In this document: piece after piece, positions 1-9,652 of the stretch
Layout of the letters: each line of letters begins with the position of its first letter
Position numbering within the stretch: the first letter of the stretch is position 1
From: Spirochaetia bacterium
GTDB taxonomy: Bacteria > Spirochaetota > Spirochaetia > UBA9216
Length of the DNA stretch: 64,000 nt
NCBI GenBank assembly: GCA_965140585.1
Contig: OZ223269.1
Location: 1,120,001 to 1,184,000 of the forward strand
Reading direction: 5' to 3'
The notes under the pieces: generated by a model
Told to the model about the DNA's origin: nothing
The model's input: the letters and a program-made list of their open reading frames with translations, nothing else
Databases searched by the model: none
Made by a program: the position numbers and the translations under genes

Positions 1-396
1 CGTATCGGTGTAGAGAAGGCTATGGCTCTTATCAAGCATAATACAAACTATCTGCGGCTGGCTCCGCACCTGGACCTTGATTCTGTGATTTCGGTTAACA
101 GCTCAACTGTAAATTCTGTTCTGCGGTACATTCGCGGGGGTAATTTTACAAGTGTTCACTCTCTGTTTGAGGGTAAGCTTGAGGTGTTTGAGTTCATAAT
201 TACTGAGGATACGCCGGTTCTTAACAAGGAAATCAAAGAGATTAACCTTAGAGGCAAGGGTATCATTGCAGGGCTTACCAGAGGCGGACAGAACCTTATT
301 CCTACAGGTAATGACAGGCTTCAGCTTGATGATGTACTGCTTGTGACAGTAGATCGTGCAAATATCGATTATGTACACAAATTATTCAATTCTTAG
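1..396 (+). CDS. trkA: Trk potassium uptake regulatory subunit TrkA, C-terminal part (5'-truncated by the window edge)
   Basis: The frame is open from base 1. It has an RCK_C-like end (EVFEFIITEDTPVLNKEIKEI...IPTGNDRLQLDDVLLV) and lies directly upstream of trkH. Confidence 0.85.
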   Translation, partial: RIGVEKAMALIKHNTNYLRLAPHLDLDSVISVNSSTVNSVLRYIRGGNFTSVHSLFEGKLEVFEFIITEDTPVLNKEIKEINLRGKGIIAGLTRGGQNLIPTGNDRLQLDDVLLVTVDRANIDYVHKLFNS

Positions 397-408
397 CGGA
401 GACTTAGT

Positions 409-1863
409 TTGAACCCATTTTATATTCTGCGGCTTACAGCAGTAATTCAGGTTGTTGTTTCTGCATTCATGGTAATCCCGGCGGGCATTGCAGCCTATTA
501 CGGCGAGACTTTTGAGTTTTACTGCTTTCTCGGAACAATACTGGCAATATGGATTTTTGCAGCTGTATATATTCTTCTCACCAGGAAAGCTCCGAACAAG
601 ATGCTTACCACACGCGACGGATTTTTCTTCGTTACATCAAGCTGGATTCTGGCTGCAGGTTTCGGTGCGATACCGGTATGGATTTCCGGTGCAATACCTA
701 ATTATGCTGATGCCTACTTTGAAATCATGTCAGGATTTACAACCACCGGTGCTTCAATTCTTACGGATATAGAAGCTCTTCCCAGAAGTATCCTGTTCTG
801 GCGTTCACTCACGCACTGGCTTGGCGGAATGGGAATTGTAGTACTTGTTGTTGCACTGATCCCTCTGCTGGGTGTAGGCGGAACAAAGCTGGTAGGTGCA
901 GAATCTCCGGGGCCAGCCGTCGATAAGTTTACGCCTAAAATACGTAATAACGCTCTTATTCTCTGGCTTATCTATCTCGGTCTTTCAGTTATAGAAACAG
1001 TACTTTTGCTTTTCGGTGGAATGGACCTGTTTGATGCTGCAACACATACCTTCGGAACAATGGCCACAGGCGGATTTTCTCCCAAGGCGGCCAGCGTAGG
1101 GCACTATAACAGCGCATATGTTGACGCAGTAATTACCGTATTCATGGTGCTGGCAGGATGCAACTTCGCACTTTACTTTAAAGCAATTAAGGGCAAGTTT
1201 TCCGAGATATTTCATGATGGTGAATTCAAAGCCTATGTAATAATTTTCTTCGTCATAACCGGTCTTATTACTTTAAACCTTTACATGAGCGGAAACTACA
1301 GCACCGGAGGCAGTTCATTCAGGTTCGCATCATTTCAGGTAGCATCAATTATAACCACAACAGGTTATGCTACTGCAGACTTCGAACTCTGGCCCAATTT
1401 TTCCAAGGTTCTTCTGTTTTTCCTGATGTTTATCGGAGGCTGTTCCGGATCTACCGGCGGCGGAATAAAAGTAATCCGTATTGTAACAATGGCCAAACTT
1501 GGGCTTAACAATATCAAGTACATGCTGCATCCACGAGGAGTCTTCTCTTTGAAGATTGGACAATCCACAGTAAAAAAAGAAGTAGTCTATACAATTGCAG
1601 GATTTTTTGCCCTCTACATATTCACTCTTCTTGTAACCACTGTACTGGTCTCCACATCAGGAACTGATATCGAAACCTCGGTAACTACTGCGCTTGTAAC
1701 CGTCGGCAACATTGGTCCGGGATTCGGACAGATTGGTCCTACTGATAACTATTTTTTCTTTCCCGACTATGTGAAGTGGATTCTATCCTTTGCAATGATG
1801 GCCGGACGTCTTGAGCTGTTCACTGTATTTGCACTGCTTACGCCGCAGTTCTGGAAGAGATAA
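409..1863 (+). CDS. trkH: TrkH family potassium uptake membrane protein
   Basis: Polytopic protein with pore-loop motifs SGFTTTGAS, TMATGGFS, ITTTGYAT, GGCSGSTGGGIK, GNIGPG and GRLE. Confidence 0.95.
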   Translation: MNPFYILRLTAVIQVVVSAFMVIPAGIAAYYGETFEFYCFLGTILAIWIFAAVYILLTRKAPNKMLTTRDGFFFVTSSWILAAGFGAIPVWISGAIPNYADAYFEIMSGFTTTGASILTDIEALPRSILFWRSLTHWLGGMGIVVLVVALIPLLGVGGTKLVGAESPGPAVDKFTPKIRNNALILWLIYLGLSVIETVLLLFGGMDLFDAATHTFGTMATGGFSPKAASVGHYNSAYVDAVITVFMVLAGCNFALYFKAIKGKFSEIFHDGEFKAYVIIFFVITGLITLNLYMSGNYSTGGSSFRFASFQVASIITTTGYATADFELWPNFSKVLLFFLMFIGGCSGSTGGGIKVIRIVTMAKLGLNNIKYMLHPRGVFSLKIGQSTVKKEVVYTIAGFFALYIFTLLVTTVLVSTSGTDIETSVTTALVTVGNIGPGFGQIGPTDNYFFFPDYVKWILSFAMMAGRLELFTVFALLTPQFWKR

Positions 1864-1869
1864 TTAATT

Positions 1870-3876
1870 TTAAAGTTCTTCCAGTTCTTTAAGCCAGAGG
1901 TTCACTGAGGCGTCGCTGGGCATCCGCCAGTCGGCACGCGGAGAGAGGGCTATGGTTCCGACTTTTGGGCCGTCGGGTATGCATGAGCGTTTAAACTGCT
2001 GAGAGAAAAACCTTCGGTAAAAAAGCCTCAGCCACTTCTTGATTTCATCCCTGCTGTAAGTGTTAATTCCGTGTTTTCCGTCAAAGGCTTTCTGGGCAAG
2101 AAACAATGTTTTTGAAGGCGTGAAACCGCAGCGTACAACCTGATAGAGAAAGAAATCATGAAGCTCATACGGTCCGATATTTTCCTCGGTCTTCTGGGCA
2201 ATTTCACCGTTCTTATCCGGTGGAAGCAGCTCGGGAGAAATCGGAGTGTCTATGATATCGGCAAGAACCGAAGCCGCTTCGGCTGAGGCAAGGTGATCCT
2301 TGTAGTATTCAACAAGGTACCTGACCAGGGTCTTAGGGACACCGGTATTAACGGCGTACATTGACATATGATCTCCGTTATATGTACACCATCCCATTGC
2401 CAGCTCAGAGAGGTCTCCTGTACCGATAACAATACCGCCGACCTGGTTTGATTTGTTCATCAGGATTTTTGTACGTTCCCTGGCCTGGGTATTCTCGTAG
2501 GTAATATCGGTTGTAATTCCGTCATGGCCCAGATCCTTAAAATGCTGAACGCAGGCTGGAGTTATATCTATAATTTCAATTGGTATTCCCATTGTTTCAC
2601 AAAGTTTTTCCGCATTGGATTTTGTCCTATTTGTAGTCCCGAAACCAGGCATTGTGATGCTCTTAATGCCCTCAGAAGGCAGTCCCAGGCGTTTAAAAGC
2701 ATTAACTATAACAAGCAGGGCAAGCGTTGAATCAAGTCCGCCTGACAGCCCGATAACAACATTTCGACAGCCGATATGACGCAGTCTTGAAGCAAGGGCC
2801 GAACTCTGTATTGAAAAAATTTCTGAGCAGCGTACGGTACGATCCGCTTTCTTTCCGGGAATGAAGGGATGAGCCTGAACATCTCTCCGGATATTTGAAG
2901 GTGAGAGTTCAATCAAATCGTTTAGATTACCGGCTTGAAAATCGCATTCAACAAGCCTGTATGACTTTCCGTCTCGGCCGCGTCCCAGTTCTACGGCTCC
3001 GCACTCGGCGAAAGTCTTGTTTGCGGTTCTTTCATGCTCTATAAAATCAATATCCGCATCAGCGTAGATGATACTGTCGGATCCTGTAAAGCGGTCTCCT
3101 TCACAAAGAAGCCTTCCGTTTTCGGCTATAATCTGATGCCCGCCGAAAACGGTATCAGTTGTGCTTTCATATATCCCTGAAGAACAGTAAGTGTATGCAC
3201 AAAGATACTGGCCTGAAAGCTTGGAAATAAGTTCCCTGCGGTAATCAGCCTTTCCGGCAAGTTCGTTGCTTGCAGAAAGATTAAGAATCACATCGGCACC
3301 GGCCAGCGCCATGGAAGCTGAAGGCGGAATCGGAGCCCACATATCTTCACATATTTCAACCCCGACAGTAAAATCACGTTCCCCGGATGAATCTGAGCAC
3401 TTGAAAAGCAGATCCGAGCCGAAGGGAATCTCGTCTCCGTCATAGAGAATACTATCTGAGACTGAATCGCTCCCGCTTGAGAACCATCTTGCCTCATAAT
3501 ATTCACCATAATTAGGGATATATGTCTTGGGAACCAGCCCCATTATTGCCCCTCCGGAAATTACGGCTGCGCAGTTATAAAGTCTGGCATCATGATACAC
3601 GGGAAGACCGACGGCTATTAATGCCGGGATGTCTGCTGTTGATTCTGCAATATATTTCAGCGCCTTCATTGATGCCGATCTTAGTTTTTTCTGCAGGAAC
3701 AGATCTGCGCAGGTGTAACCTGTAAGACTGAGTTCCGGAAAAAGTATAATATCTGCGCCCTCGTTACAGGCCTCAAATGCGGTTTTTGTGATTGCGAGTG
3801 TATTGGTATCAATGTCTGCCAGTTTAAGCTCAGGGCTTACACAGGCTATGCGTACAAATCCGTGACTGTTCTTCAT
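1870..3876 (-). CDS. nadE: Glutamine-dependent NAD+ synthetase
   Basis: N-terminal nitrilase-like domain (FPELSLTGY, PKTYIPNY, EICEDMW) plus synthetase motifs SGGLDS, ENTQARER, GTGDLSE and FKRSCIPDGPK. Confidence 0.95.
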   Translation of the reverse strand: MKNSHGFVRIACVSPELKLADIDTNTLAITKTAFEACNEGADIILFPELSLTGYTCADLFLQKKLRSASMKALKYIAESTADIPALIAVGLPVYHDARLYNCAAVISGGAIMGLVPKTYIPNYGEYYEARWFSSGSDSVSDSILYDGDEIPFGSDLLFKCSDSSGERDFTVGVEICEDMWAPIPPSASMALAGADVILNLSASNELAGKADYRRELISKLSGQYLCAYTYCSSGIYESTTDTVFGGHQIIAENGRLLCEGDRFTGSDSIIYADADIDFIEHERTANKTFAECGAVELGRGRDGKSYRLVECDFQAGNLNDLIELSPSNIRRDVQAHPFIPGKKADRTVRCSEIFSIQSSALASRLRHIGCRNVVIGLSGGLDSTLALLVIVNAFKRLGLPSEGIKSITMPGFGTTNRTKSNAEKLCETMGIPIEIIDITPACVQHFKDLGHDGITTDITYENTQARERTKILMNKSNQVGGIVIGTGDLSELAMGWCTYNGDHMSMYAVNTGVPKTLVRYLVEYYKDHLASAEAASVLADIIDTPISPELLPPDKNGEIAQKTEENIGPYELHDFFLYQVVRCGFTPSKTLFLAQKAFDGKHGINTYSRDEIKKWLRLFYRRFFSQQFKRSCIPDGPKVGTIALSPRADWRMPSDASVNLWLKELEEL

Positions 3877-3911
3877 GGCTGAATTGTATCACAACAATTC
3901 AGTAGGTGTAA
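3877..3911 (-). promoter_or_regulatory. Putative sigma70 promoter giving a leaderless nadE mRNA
   Basis: Minus strand reads TTACAC-17-TACAAT (with extended TG), then 6 nt, then ATG. No Shine-Dalgarno (SD) sequence. Confidence 0.55.
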
Positions 3912-4819
3912 CCGGCTTCATTTAAAAGATCATCAGCCTCATCTGTATTTTTAATTGCAGCTAGTTTTTCAAAATAAACAGGACTGCAGAAAATTTTAAC
4001 CAGTGTCTCTGAATCCCACTTAATCTGTTCAGCATAGGTCATACAGTTTTCAGGTGCTTTAGTGAAAGCGACGTATATTATACCCTCAATGTAAATATCA
4101 CGCCCCTTACCGAGAATTTTCTTTATTTCTTTCTCGCTCAGTGGTTCCACATAGGCATCTGACGTTACAGCCTGCATAAAGTTATGAGCAGCTTCACTGC
4201 TTAGGTTATTCAGCAGTGATTCAAGAAAATATCCGGTTGAATCAACAGCCGCTAAATAAGAATCAGCATTATAGTCAGGGTTTTCTCCATTATCCTCAAG
4301 CCAAAGATGCTGTGCGTTCGTAATACCTCCATGTGCAAACAGATCCTCGAAGGTGTGCATAAAAAATCCGGTAAGGTAGGCAGCTTCTCTTGTATTTCCA
4401 TCAGCCCATTGCGCCTCTATCCTGCGTAGAAAACCGGCACAGTAAACAAGATAATCTGTTACAGATTTATTTTCGAAGGTCTCGAGCTCTTCAGAGTTCA
4501 TCTGCTTGTTGTACTTATATTCATAGCTCTGAGAATGGCTTTCCTGAATGCCGAAATTGTAGAGATCCGGGCCTCCGGATGCCCAGAGGATTATATCTGT
4601 AGCAGTAGGATTCTCGAACCCATAGCTTTCGATACCGTATATGGGCATTGTTTTTACTGAAACTATGGTACCCTGATGTTTTCCGAAGAGGCTTTCCAGC
4701 GCCTGAGCACTTATAGACCAGTGAGATCCGTCAGCATTACCCAGACCCGGAAAAGCAAAAACTGATGCAGCACATGCAAGAAGTAGAATCAGAAATGCAG
4801 TAAATTTTGTTTTTTTCAT
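3899..4819 (-). CDS. Secreted zinc-dependent phospholipase C / S1-P1 / HET-C-like fold protein
   Basis: Signal peptide ending in VFA. His near the mature N-terminus (GSHWSI), plus GGPD, ESHSQ and AYLTGFFMHTFEDLFAH, matching Zn-PLC ligand spacing. Confidence 0.55.
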   Translation of the reverse strand: MKKTKFTAFLILLLACAASVFAFPGLGNADGSHWSISAQALESLFGKHQGTIVSVKTMPIYGIESYGFENPTATDIILWASGGPDLYNFGIQESHSQSYEYKYNKQMNSEELETFENKSVTDYLVYCAGFLRRIEAQWADGNTREAAYLTGFFMHTFEDLFAHGGITNAQHLWLEDNGENPDYNADSYLAAVDSTGYFLESLLNNLSSEAAHNFMQAVTSDAYVEPLSEKEIKKILGKGRDIYIEGIIYVAFTKAPENCMTYAEQIKWDSETLVKIFCSPVYFEKLAAIKNTDEADDLLNEAGYTY

Positions 4820-4820
4820 T

Positions 4821-5726
4821 TCACACCCTTGAACGGTATTTAAAAAGTTTTATTTTTACGCCTATCAGCGGCCAGAGCAGCGTAACCCAGAGTCCGACAA
4901 TGCCGTATCTGAAAAAGTCTGCAGCGTAGTGATGAGGCAACAGAGGCTTCAGACCGACCATCAGTCCAATAGTTATTACAAGTCCAAGTATGTACCTTAT
5001 GATCTTTGCAGGCCATCCTGCATCCTTAGGAGCAAAATCAACATGTCGCTCCTGAATAAAAAAGCCGTACACAGCACCGGTAGAGACACCGGCTATTTTG
5101 AAGTAATCAGTTATTTTCATTGAACCTTTTAGGTAAAAAATATCCAGAATCAGCAGAACTGCAGCAATCATGATTAAAACAAAATTCAGGCTGAAAAAAA
5201 TCCTGCGAAGCATCAGTTCATCTTCATAATAACGATCAATTACCGTACAGAAGAGCACAGACATGATTATTCCGAGCACTATACCGCCAAGCACATCAAC
5301 AGGCCAATGTACCCCGAGATAAACCCTGCTTATCCCAACAAGCACAAATACAACAATACTAAGGACGGCAAACCATTTCCGCTGTATGATATTAGCCCAG
5401 GTCAGGAAAAAGGTGGTGGTTCCCTGGGTATGCCCGCTTGGAAAAGAGTAGCCTGTTGCAGTTTCAACACGCTTCCCGCTGATAAAATCAAGCTTCTCAA
5501 AGGGCCGCTGAGAATGAACAGAAATCTTAACGATTGAATTAAGTGCGGATGAATACATGAATGCAGCGGCAAGCTTGAAACCGTCTTTTTTGGACACATT
5601 CCAGTATATAAAAGCAATAATAATGATGAAGAAATACTGCTCTCCAAGCATTGTTATATATTCAGCAATATGGTCGAGCAAGGGTGTGGCTATATCATTA
5701 AAAAACCTTAAAATAGCAATCTGCAT
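4821..5726 (-). CDS. PAP2 family membrane phosphatase
   Basis: Motifs KxxxxxxRP, SFPSGH and SRVYLGVHWPVDV. Start moved to ATG 5726, which follows a GGAGG SD. Confidence 0.9.
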   Translation of the reverse strand: MQIAILRFFNDIATPLLDHIAEYITMLGEQYFFIIIIAFIYWNVSKKDGFKLAAAFMYSSALNSIVKISVHSQRPFEKLDFISGKRVETATGYSFPSGHTQGTTTFFLTWANIIQRKWFAVLSIVVFVLVGISRVYLGVHWPVDVLGGIVLGIIMSVLFCTVIDRYYEDELMLRRIFFSLNFVLIMIAAVLLILDIFYLKGSMKITDYFKIAGVSTGAVYGFFIQERHVDFAPKDAGWPAKIIRYILGLVITIGLMVGLKPLLPHHYAADFFRYGIVGLWVTLLWPLIGVKIKLFKYRSRV

Positions 5727-5785
5727 AATTACCTCCACTAAACATTAATATAGTATCGTCATAACAAATATGCTAACATGAGATT

Positions 5786-8068
5786 ATGTCCGATGCTATC
5801 TTAAATTTATTAAACAAAGATTCAGACTTTGTTAAAAATGTAACTCACTGGGAAAAAATTCCTGCTAAAGCCGGATCCTATACAGATTTCCCTGAAGATA
5901 TAAATCCAATACTGCGCAGCATATACAGCAAAAGGGGTGTGGACAGACTTTATTCACATCAAAAGCAGGCATACGACTTTGTAACCGAAGGGAAAAGCAC
6001 TGTTGTAGTGACTCCCACAGCTTCCGGAAAGACTATGTGCTACAATCTGCCGGTTCTTAATTATCTGCTTTCAAATCCCGAAGCTCGGGCTCTTTACATG
6101 TTTCCTACAAAGGCTCTTTCACAGGATCAGCAGTCGGAACTCAATGAAGTGCTTCTTTCAGATGAGCTTCCAATTAAAACCGTTACTTATGACGGTGATA
6201 CACCCTCATCGGTAAGGGTTGCCGCAAGAGACGGAGGCAGGATTATCATTTCAAACCCGGATATGCTTCACGCGGGGATTCTGCCTAATCATCCGAAATG
6301 GATAAAGTTTCTTTCAAACGTAAAGTTCATTGTCATAGATGAACTTCATATATACAGAGGCGTTTTCGGCTCTCATGTAACCAACCTGATAAGACGTCTG
6401 AGACGAATCTGCCGCTTTTACGGTTCAGACCCGATTTTTATATGCTGCAGTGCGACAATTGGAAATCCGCTTGAACATGCTCAGAATGTACTGGAAACCG
6501 ATGTAGCACTGGTTGATCAGAACGGAGCCCCATCCGGAGAAAAGCACTTCATACTGTACAATCCTCCGCTGGTTGATGCGGTACAGGGAATCAGGCGGGG
6601 TGTTGTACTTGAATCGCAGCGTATTGCACTTAAGTTTCTAAAGCAGCGGGTAAAGACTATAGTGTTCTGCCGTTCAAGAATACGTACAGAACTGATAGCC
6701 TCCTATATCAATAAAAGCCTGGAAAATATGTTCAACTACAACAGCCGTACACGCGTTGAGGCATACCGTGGCGGCTACCTGCCTAACGAACGGCGTGAAA
6801 TAGAGAAAGGCCTTCGTGACGGCAGCATTCAGGGTGTAGTTTCAACCAATGCACTTGAGCTGGGAATAGATATCGGTGGGCTTGATGTTTCAATAATGGC
6901 AGGCTTTCCCGGCAGCATATCCTCATCATGGCAGCAGGCCGGACGCGCGGGAAGACGCAGCACCACATCGGTCTCGGTGCTTATTGCATCGATGTCGCCG
7001 GTTGATCAGTATGTAATAGAGCATAAAGACTACTTCTTCGGACGCAATCCCGAATCTGCCCGAATCGATGCGGACAACATATACATCCTGCTTGATCATT
7101 TAAAGTGCGCGGCTTTCGAGCTTCCCTTTGAGACAGGCGAAGAGTTCGGGGAATCAACTGAAGAGCTTCTGCTTTATCTGGAGGAGGAAGGTGTTCTGCG
7201 GCTTACCGGAGGGAAGTATTTCTGGTCTGACCGTTCTTATCCGGCCGAGACTATATCTCTTAGAAGTGCTACTGCCGAGAACGTTGTGATTATCGATGAG
7301 ACAGCCGGCAAATTTAACGTGATTGGAGAGATGGACAGGCCGTCTGCAAAGGAAATGCTATTTGACAATGCCGTATACATTCACCGCGGAGAACAGTTCC
7401 AGGTGCGTGAGCTCGATATTGAGAATAAAAAATGCTTTGTCAATAAATCCGATCTCAATTATTACACCGACGCAATCGTCAAAACCGACATCAAGCTTCT
7501 TGAAAGGGATGCTGATAAAACCATCCCCGGAGCATCGGTGACCGAAGGTGATGTGCTTGTCCGTAAACAGGTAGCCAAATTCAAAAAGATTAAATACGGC
7601 ACGCACGAAAATATCGGCTACGGCGAGATCTTCCTTCCTGAAGAAGAAATGCATACAAGAAGCGCTGTTATAGTATTTTCAGAAGGCACAAAATCACGTG
7701 AGGCTTTTGAGAAGATCCCTGATGAACTAAAAGAGCATATTATCGGACGTATCGGCAGCCTTATACAGAACGTGGCACCTGTGTTTCTCTTATGTGATGT
7801 ACGTGACCTGGGTATAGCAGAGAGGCTTAAAGATCCTGTACTGGGACAGCCTTGTATTTACATATACGACAGCTATCCAGGAGGGACAGGATTGTCAGAG
7901 GGGATTGCAGAAAAAGCATCGGTTATTCTTTCTGCTGCTAAGGAACGCATTGAAAACTGCAGCTGTGAATCAGGCTGTCCTTCCTGCATAGGGCCTGATG
8001 AAGAGGAACCAGTCACTCATAATAAAAAAGAGATAATCATAGACTTCCTCAGAGGATGGCTCGACTGA
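5786..8068 (+). CDS. mrfA: DEAH-box helicase with C-terminal DUF1998 (MrfA/YprA/SftH/Hrq1 family)
   Basis: Motifs TPTASGKT, DELH, SATIGNP, TNALELGIDIG and QQAGRAGR. C-terminal YDSYPGGTG and CSCESGCPSC metal site. Confidence 0.88.
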   Translation: MSDAILNLLNKDSDFVKNVTHWEKIPAKAGSYTDFPEDINPILRSIYSKRGVDRLYSHQKQAYDFVTEGKSTVVVTPTASGKTMCYNLPVLNYLLSNPEARALYMFPTKALSQDQQSELNEVLLSDELPIKTVTYDGDTPSSVRVAARDGGRIIISNPDMLHAGILPNHPKWIKFLSNVKFIVIDELHIYRGVFGSHVTNLIRRLRRICRFYGSDPIFICCSATIGNPLEHAQNVLETDVALVDQNGAPSGEKHFILYNPPLVDAVQGIRRGVVLESQRIALKFLKQRVKTIVFCRSRIRTELIASYINKSLENMFNYNSRTRVEAYRGGYLPNERREIEKGLRDGSIQGVVSTNALELGIDIGGLDVSIMAGFPGSISSSWQQAGRAGRRSTTSVSVLIASMSPVDQYVIEHKDYFFGRNPESARIDADNIYILLDHLKCAAFELPFETGEEFGESTEELLLYLEEEGVLRLTGGKYFWSDRSYPAETISLRSATAENVVIIDETAGKFNVIGEMDRPSAKEMLFDNAVYIHRGEQFQVRELDIENKKCFVNKSDLNYYTDAIVKTDIKLLERDADKTIPGASVTEGDVLVRKQVAKFKKIKYGTHENIGYGEIFLPEEEMHTRSAVIVFSEGTKSREAFEKIPDELKEHIIGRIGSLIQNVAPVFLLCDVRDLGIAERLKDPVLGQPCIYIYDSYPGGTGLSEGIAEKASVILSAAKERIENCSCESGCPSCIGPDEEEPVTHNKKEIIIDFLRGWLD

Positions 8069-8071
8069 TAA

Positions 8072-9343
8072 ATGGCAGGCCCGGATCTTCGCGCAAGACT
8101 TGAAAGACTCAGACAGGCCCGGGGCGACCTGGAAAAGGGGACAAACGGTATCAAACCTCCAATTCCCCGGACAGGGAATGAATCACATCATGCTGCACGC
8201 ATCGCAGAACGTGAGGCGGTTAATGCCAGGATTCATGAAGGACTGATAAGCCGGGGTTGGGTAAAAGAAGCCGGATGTGTATACAAAAAAACAACTCTTA
8301 AAGAAAATTTTCTGCAACCGCAGATATCCAACTTCCTGTATCCCGATTTAAAAATGACTCATAATCATGAACCGGCTCAGGATAGTGATAGAGCATGCTC
8401 AGAAGATATACCGGCTGAAAGGTTTATTTTCTATGACTGTGAAACAACCGGAGTCTCCGGAGGCGCGGGAACAGTGATATTTCTCTGCGGCTTCGGCTAT
8501 GTTACATCGTCCGGTTTTGAAATAATCCAGTATCTGATGACCGACTTTCCCGGGGAACCCGACTTCCTGAATCTGCTTAAAGGCTTTGTATCCACAGATC
8601 GAATATATGTGTCATACAACGGAAAAAGCTTCGACTCAAACCTGATGAAAAGCCGGTTCCTCCTGAATGGGATAAAGGCAGAGTTCGGCTATCAGCTTGA
8701 TCTGCTTTATCCGGCAAGAAGGCTCTGGAAAAGTATAACTGGAACCTGCTCCCTCGGGGACATTGAACGTGGCATACTGAATAAGCAGAGAACAGATGAT
8801 GTTCCCGGTTTCCTGGTTCCGGATTATTATTTCAACTTCATAAAAACTGGTAATTTTGATTTTATGAAGGATATAGCCGCCCATCATCTTGAAGACATCG
8901 CAAGTCTTATGCAGGTACTTGCTATCACTGAACAGCTGTACTGCATACCATCCGGCCATACAAAAAAAGATATCGGTATCAGATATGATTTGAACGGCCT
9001 TGCAAGAATGCTTATCGAACGGGGAGATTCCCGCGGCGCAGAACTGTACGAACAGTCGTTCAGAGATGGAAGCCGTAAAGCAGGCCGTATGCTAGGGTTT
9101 TATTATAAATCGGTCAAAAACTATGATGAGGCTCTAGGGGTATGGAATGAACTCTGGCGACGTTTCCTCAGTATCGAGGCTGCCGTTGAAATTGCAAAGT
9201 ACTACGAACACGTAAAAAAAGATCCGCAAAAAGCACTCCGGATCACACAGGAAATACTTAATCTTGAACACATAAGAATTAAAAAGCACCTTCCGGAACT
9301 CCGTCACAGGCAAAAACGACTTGAGCGGAAGACCGGAGTTTAA
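8072..9343 (+). CDS. mrfB: DEDD/RNase H-like exonuclease with helical/TPR C-terminus (MrfB/YprB family)
   Basis: Motifs FYDCETTG, SYNGKSFD, LDLLYPARRLW, RTDDVPG and HHLED; AKYYEH in the tail. Lies immediately after the MrfA-like helicase. Confidence 0.8.
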   Translation: MAGPDLRARLERLRQARGDLEKGTNGIKPPIPRTGNESHHAARIAEREAVNARIHEGLISRGWVKEAGCVYKKTTLKENFLQPQISNFLYPDLKMTHNHEPAQDSDRACSEDIPAERFIFYDCETTGVSGGAGTVIFLCGFGYVTSSGFEIIQYLMTDFPGEPDFLNLLKGFVSTDRIYVSYNGKSFDSNLMKSRFLLNGIKAEFGYQLDLLYPARRLWKSITGTCSLGDIERGILNKQRTDDVPGFLVPDYYFNFIKTGNFDFMKDIAAHHLEDIASLMQVLAITEQLYCIPSGHTKKDIGIRYDLNGLARMLIERGDSRGAELYEQSFRDGSRKAGRMLGFYYKSVKNYDEALGVWNELWRRFLSIEAAVEIAKYYEHVKKDPQKALRITQEILNLEHIRIKKHLPELRHRQKRLERKTGV

Positions 9344-9459
9344 AAGCAATCGCTGAAAAAACTCAGGATAGCTTTTTTTAATATTTCAGATTGAAAATGA
9401 TAAAGTTAAGCAAATAGTTTTTAGAATAGTGGTTGATTAAAATTCCTCTCCCACATTTT

Positions 9460-9576
9460 CCGCCACCACCCGGAGGGCAGTTGTTTTCTTTGGTAACCTT
9501 TCTTTTATCTGAAAAAAGAAAGGTTAAGCCCGGCCGGCTTGAGGCCGTATAGGCCAAAATTAAGTCCATATGGACT
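9460..9576. repeat. Cluster of intergenic hairpins/palindromes (REP/MITE-like element)
   Basis: Perfect 13-bp stem TAACCTTTCTTTT (9494-9506) / AAAAGAAAGGTTA (9514-9526). Adjacent AAGCC..GGCTT and GGCC..GGCC stems. Perfect 14-bp palindrome AGTCCATATGGACT at 9563-9576. Confidence 0.55.
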
Positions 9577-9652
9577 CTTTGTATGTTAAAAATTTTTTCA
9601 GTTGTGTTAGTTTTTCCAGTGTAATCACAAAAATGGTTGTAGGAGAAAAACT

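Noticed and set aside
5786-9343. DISARM/Druantia/Dpd-type defence system suggested by the DUF1998 helicase
   Set aside because: The partner is an MrfB/YprB-like exonuclease, and no methylase, SNF2 helicase or PLD nuclease is nearby.
9378-9569. 63-aa minus-strand ORF in the spacer
   Set aside because: It runs across the palindromic element and has no SD or protein-like features.
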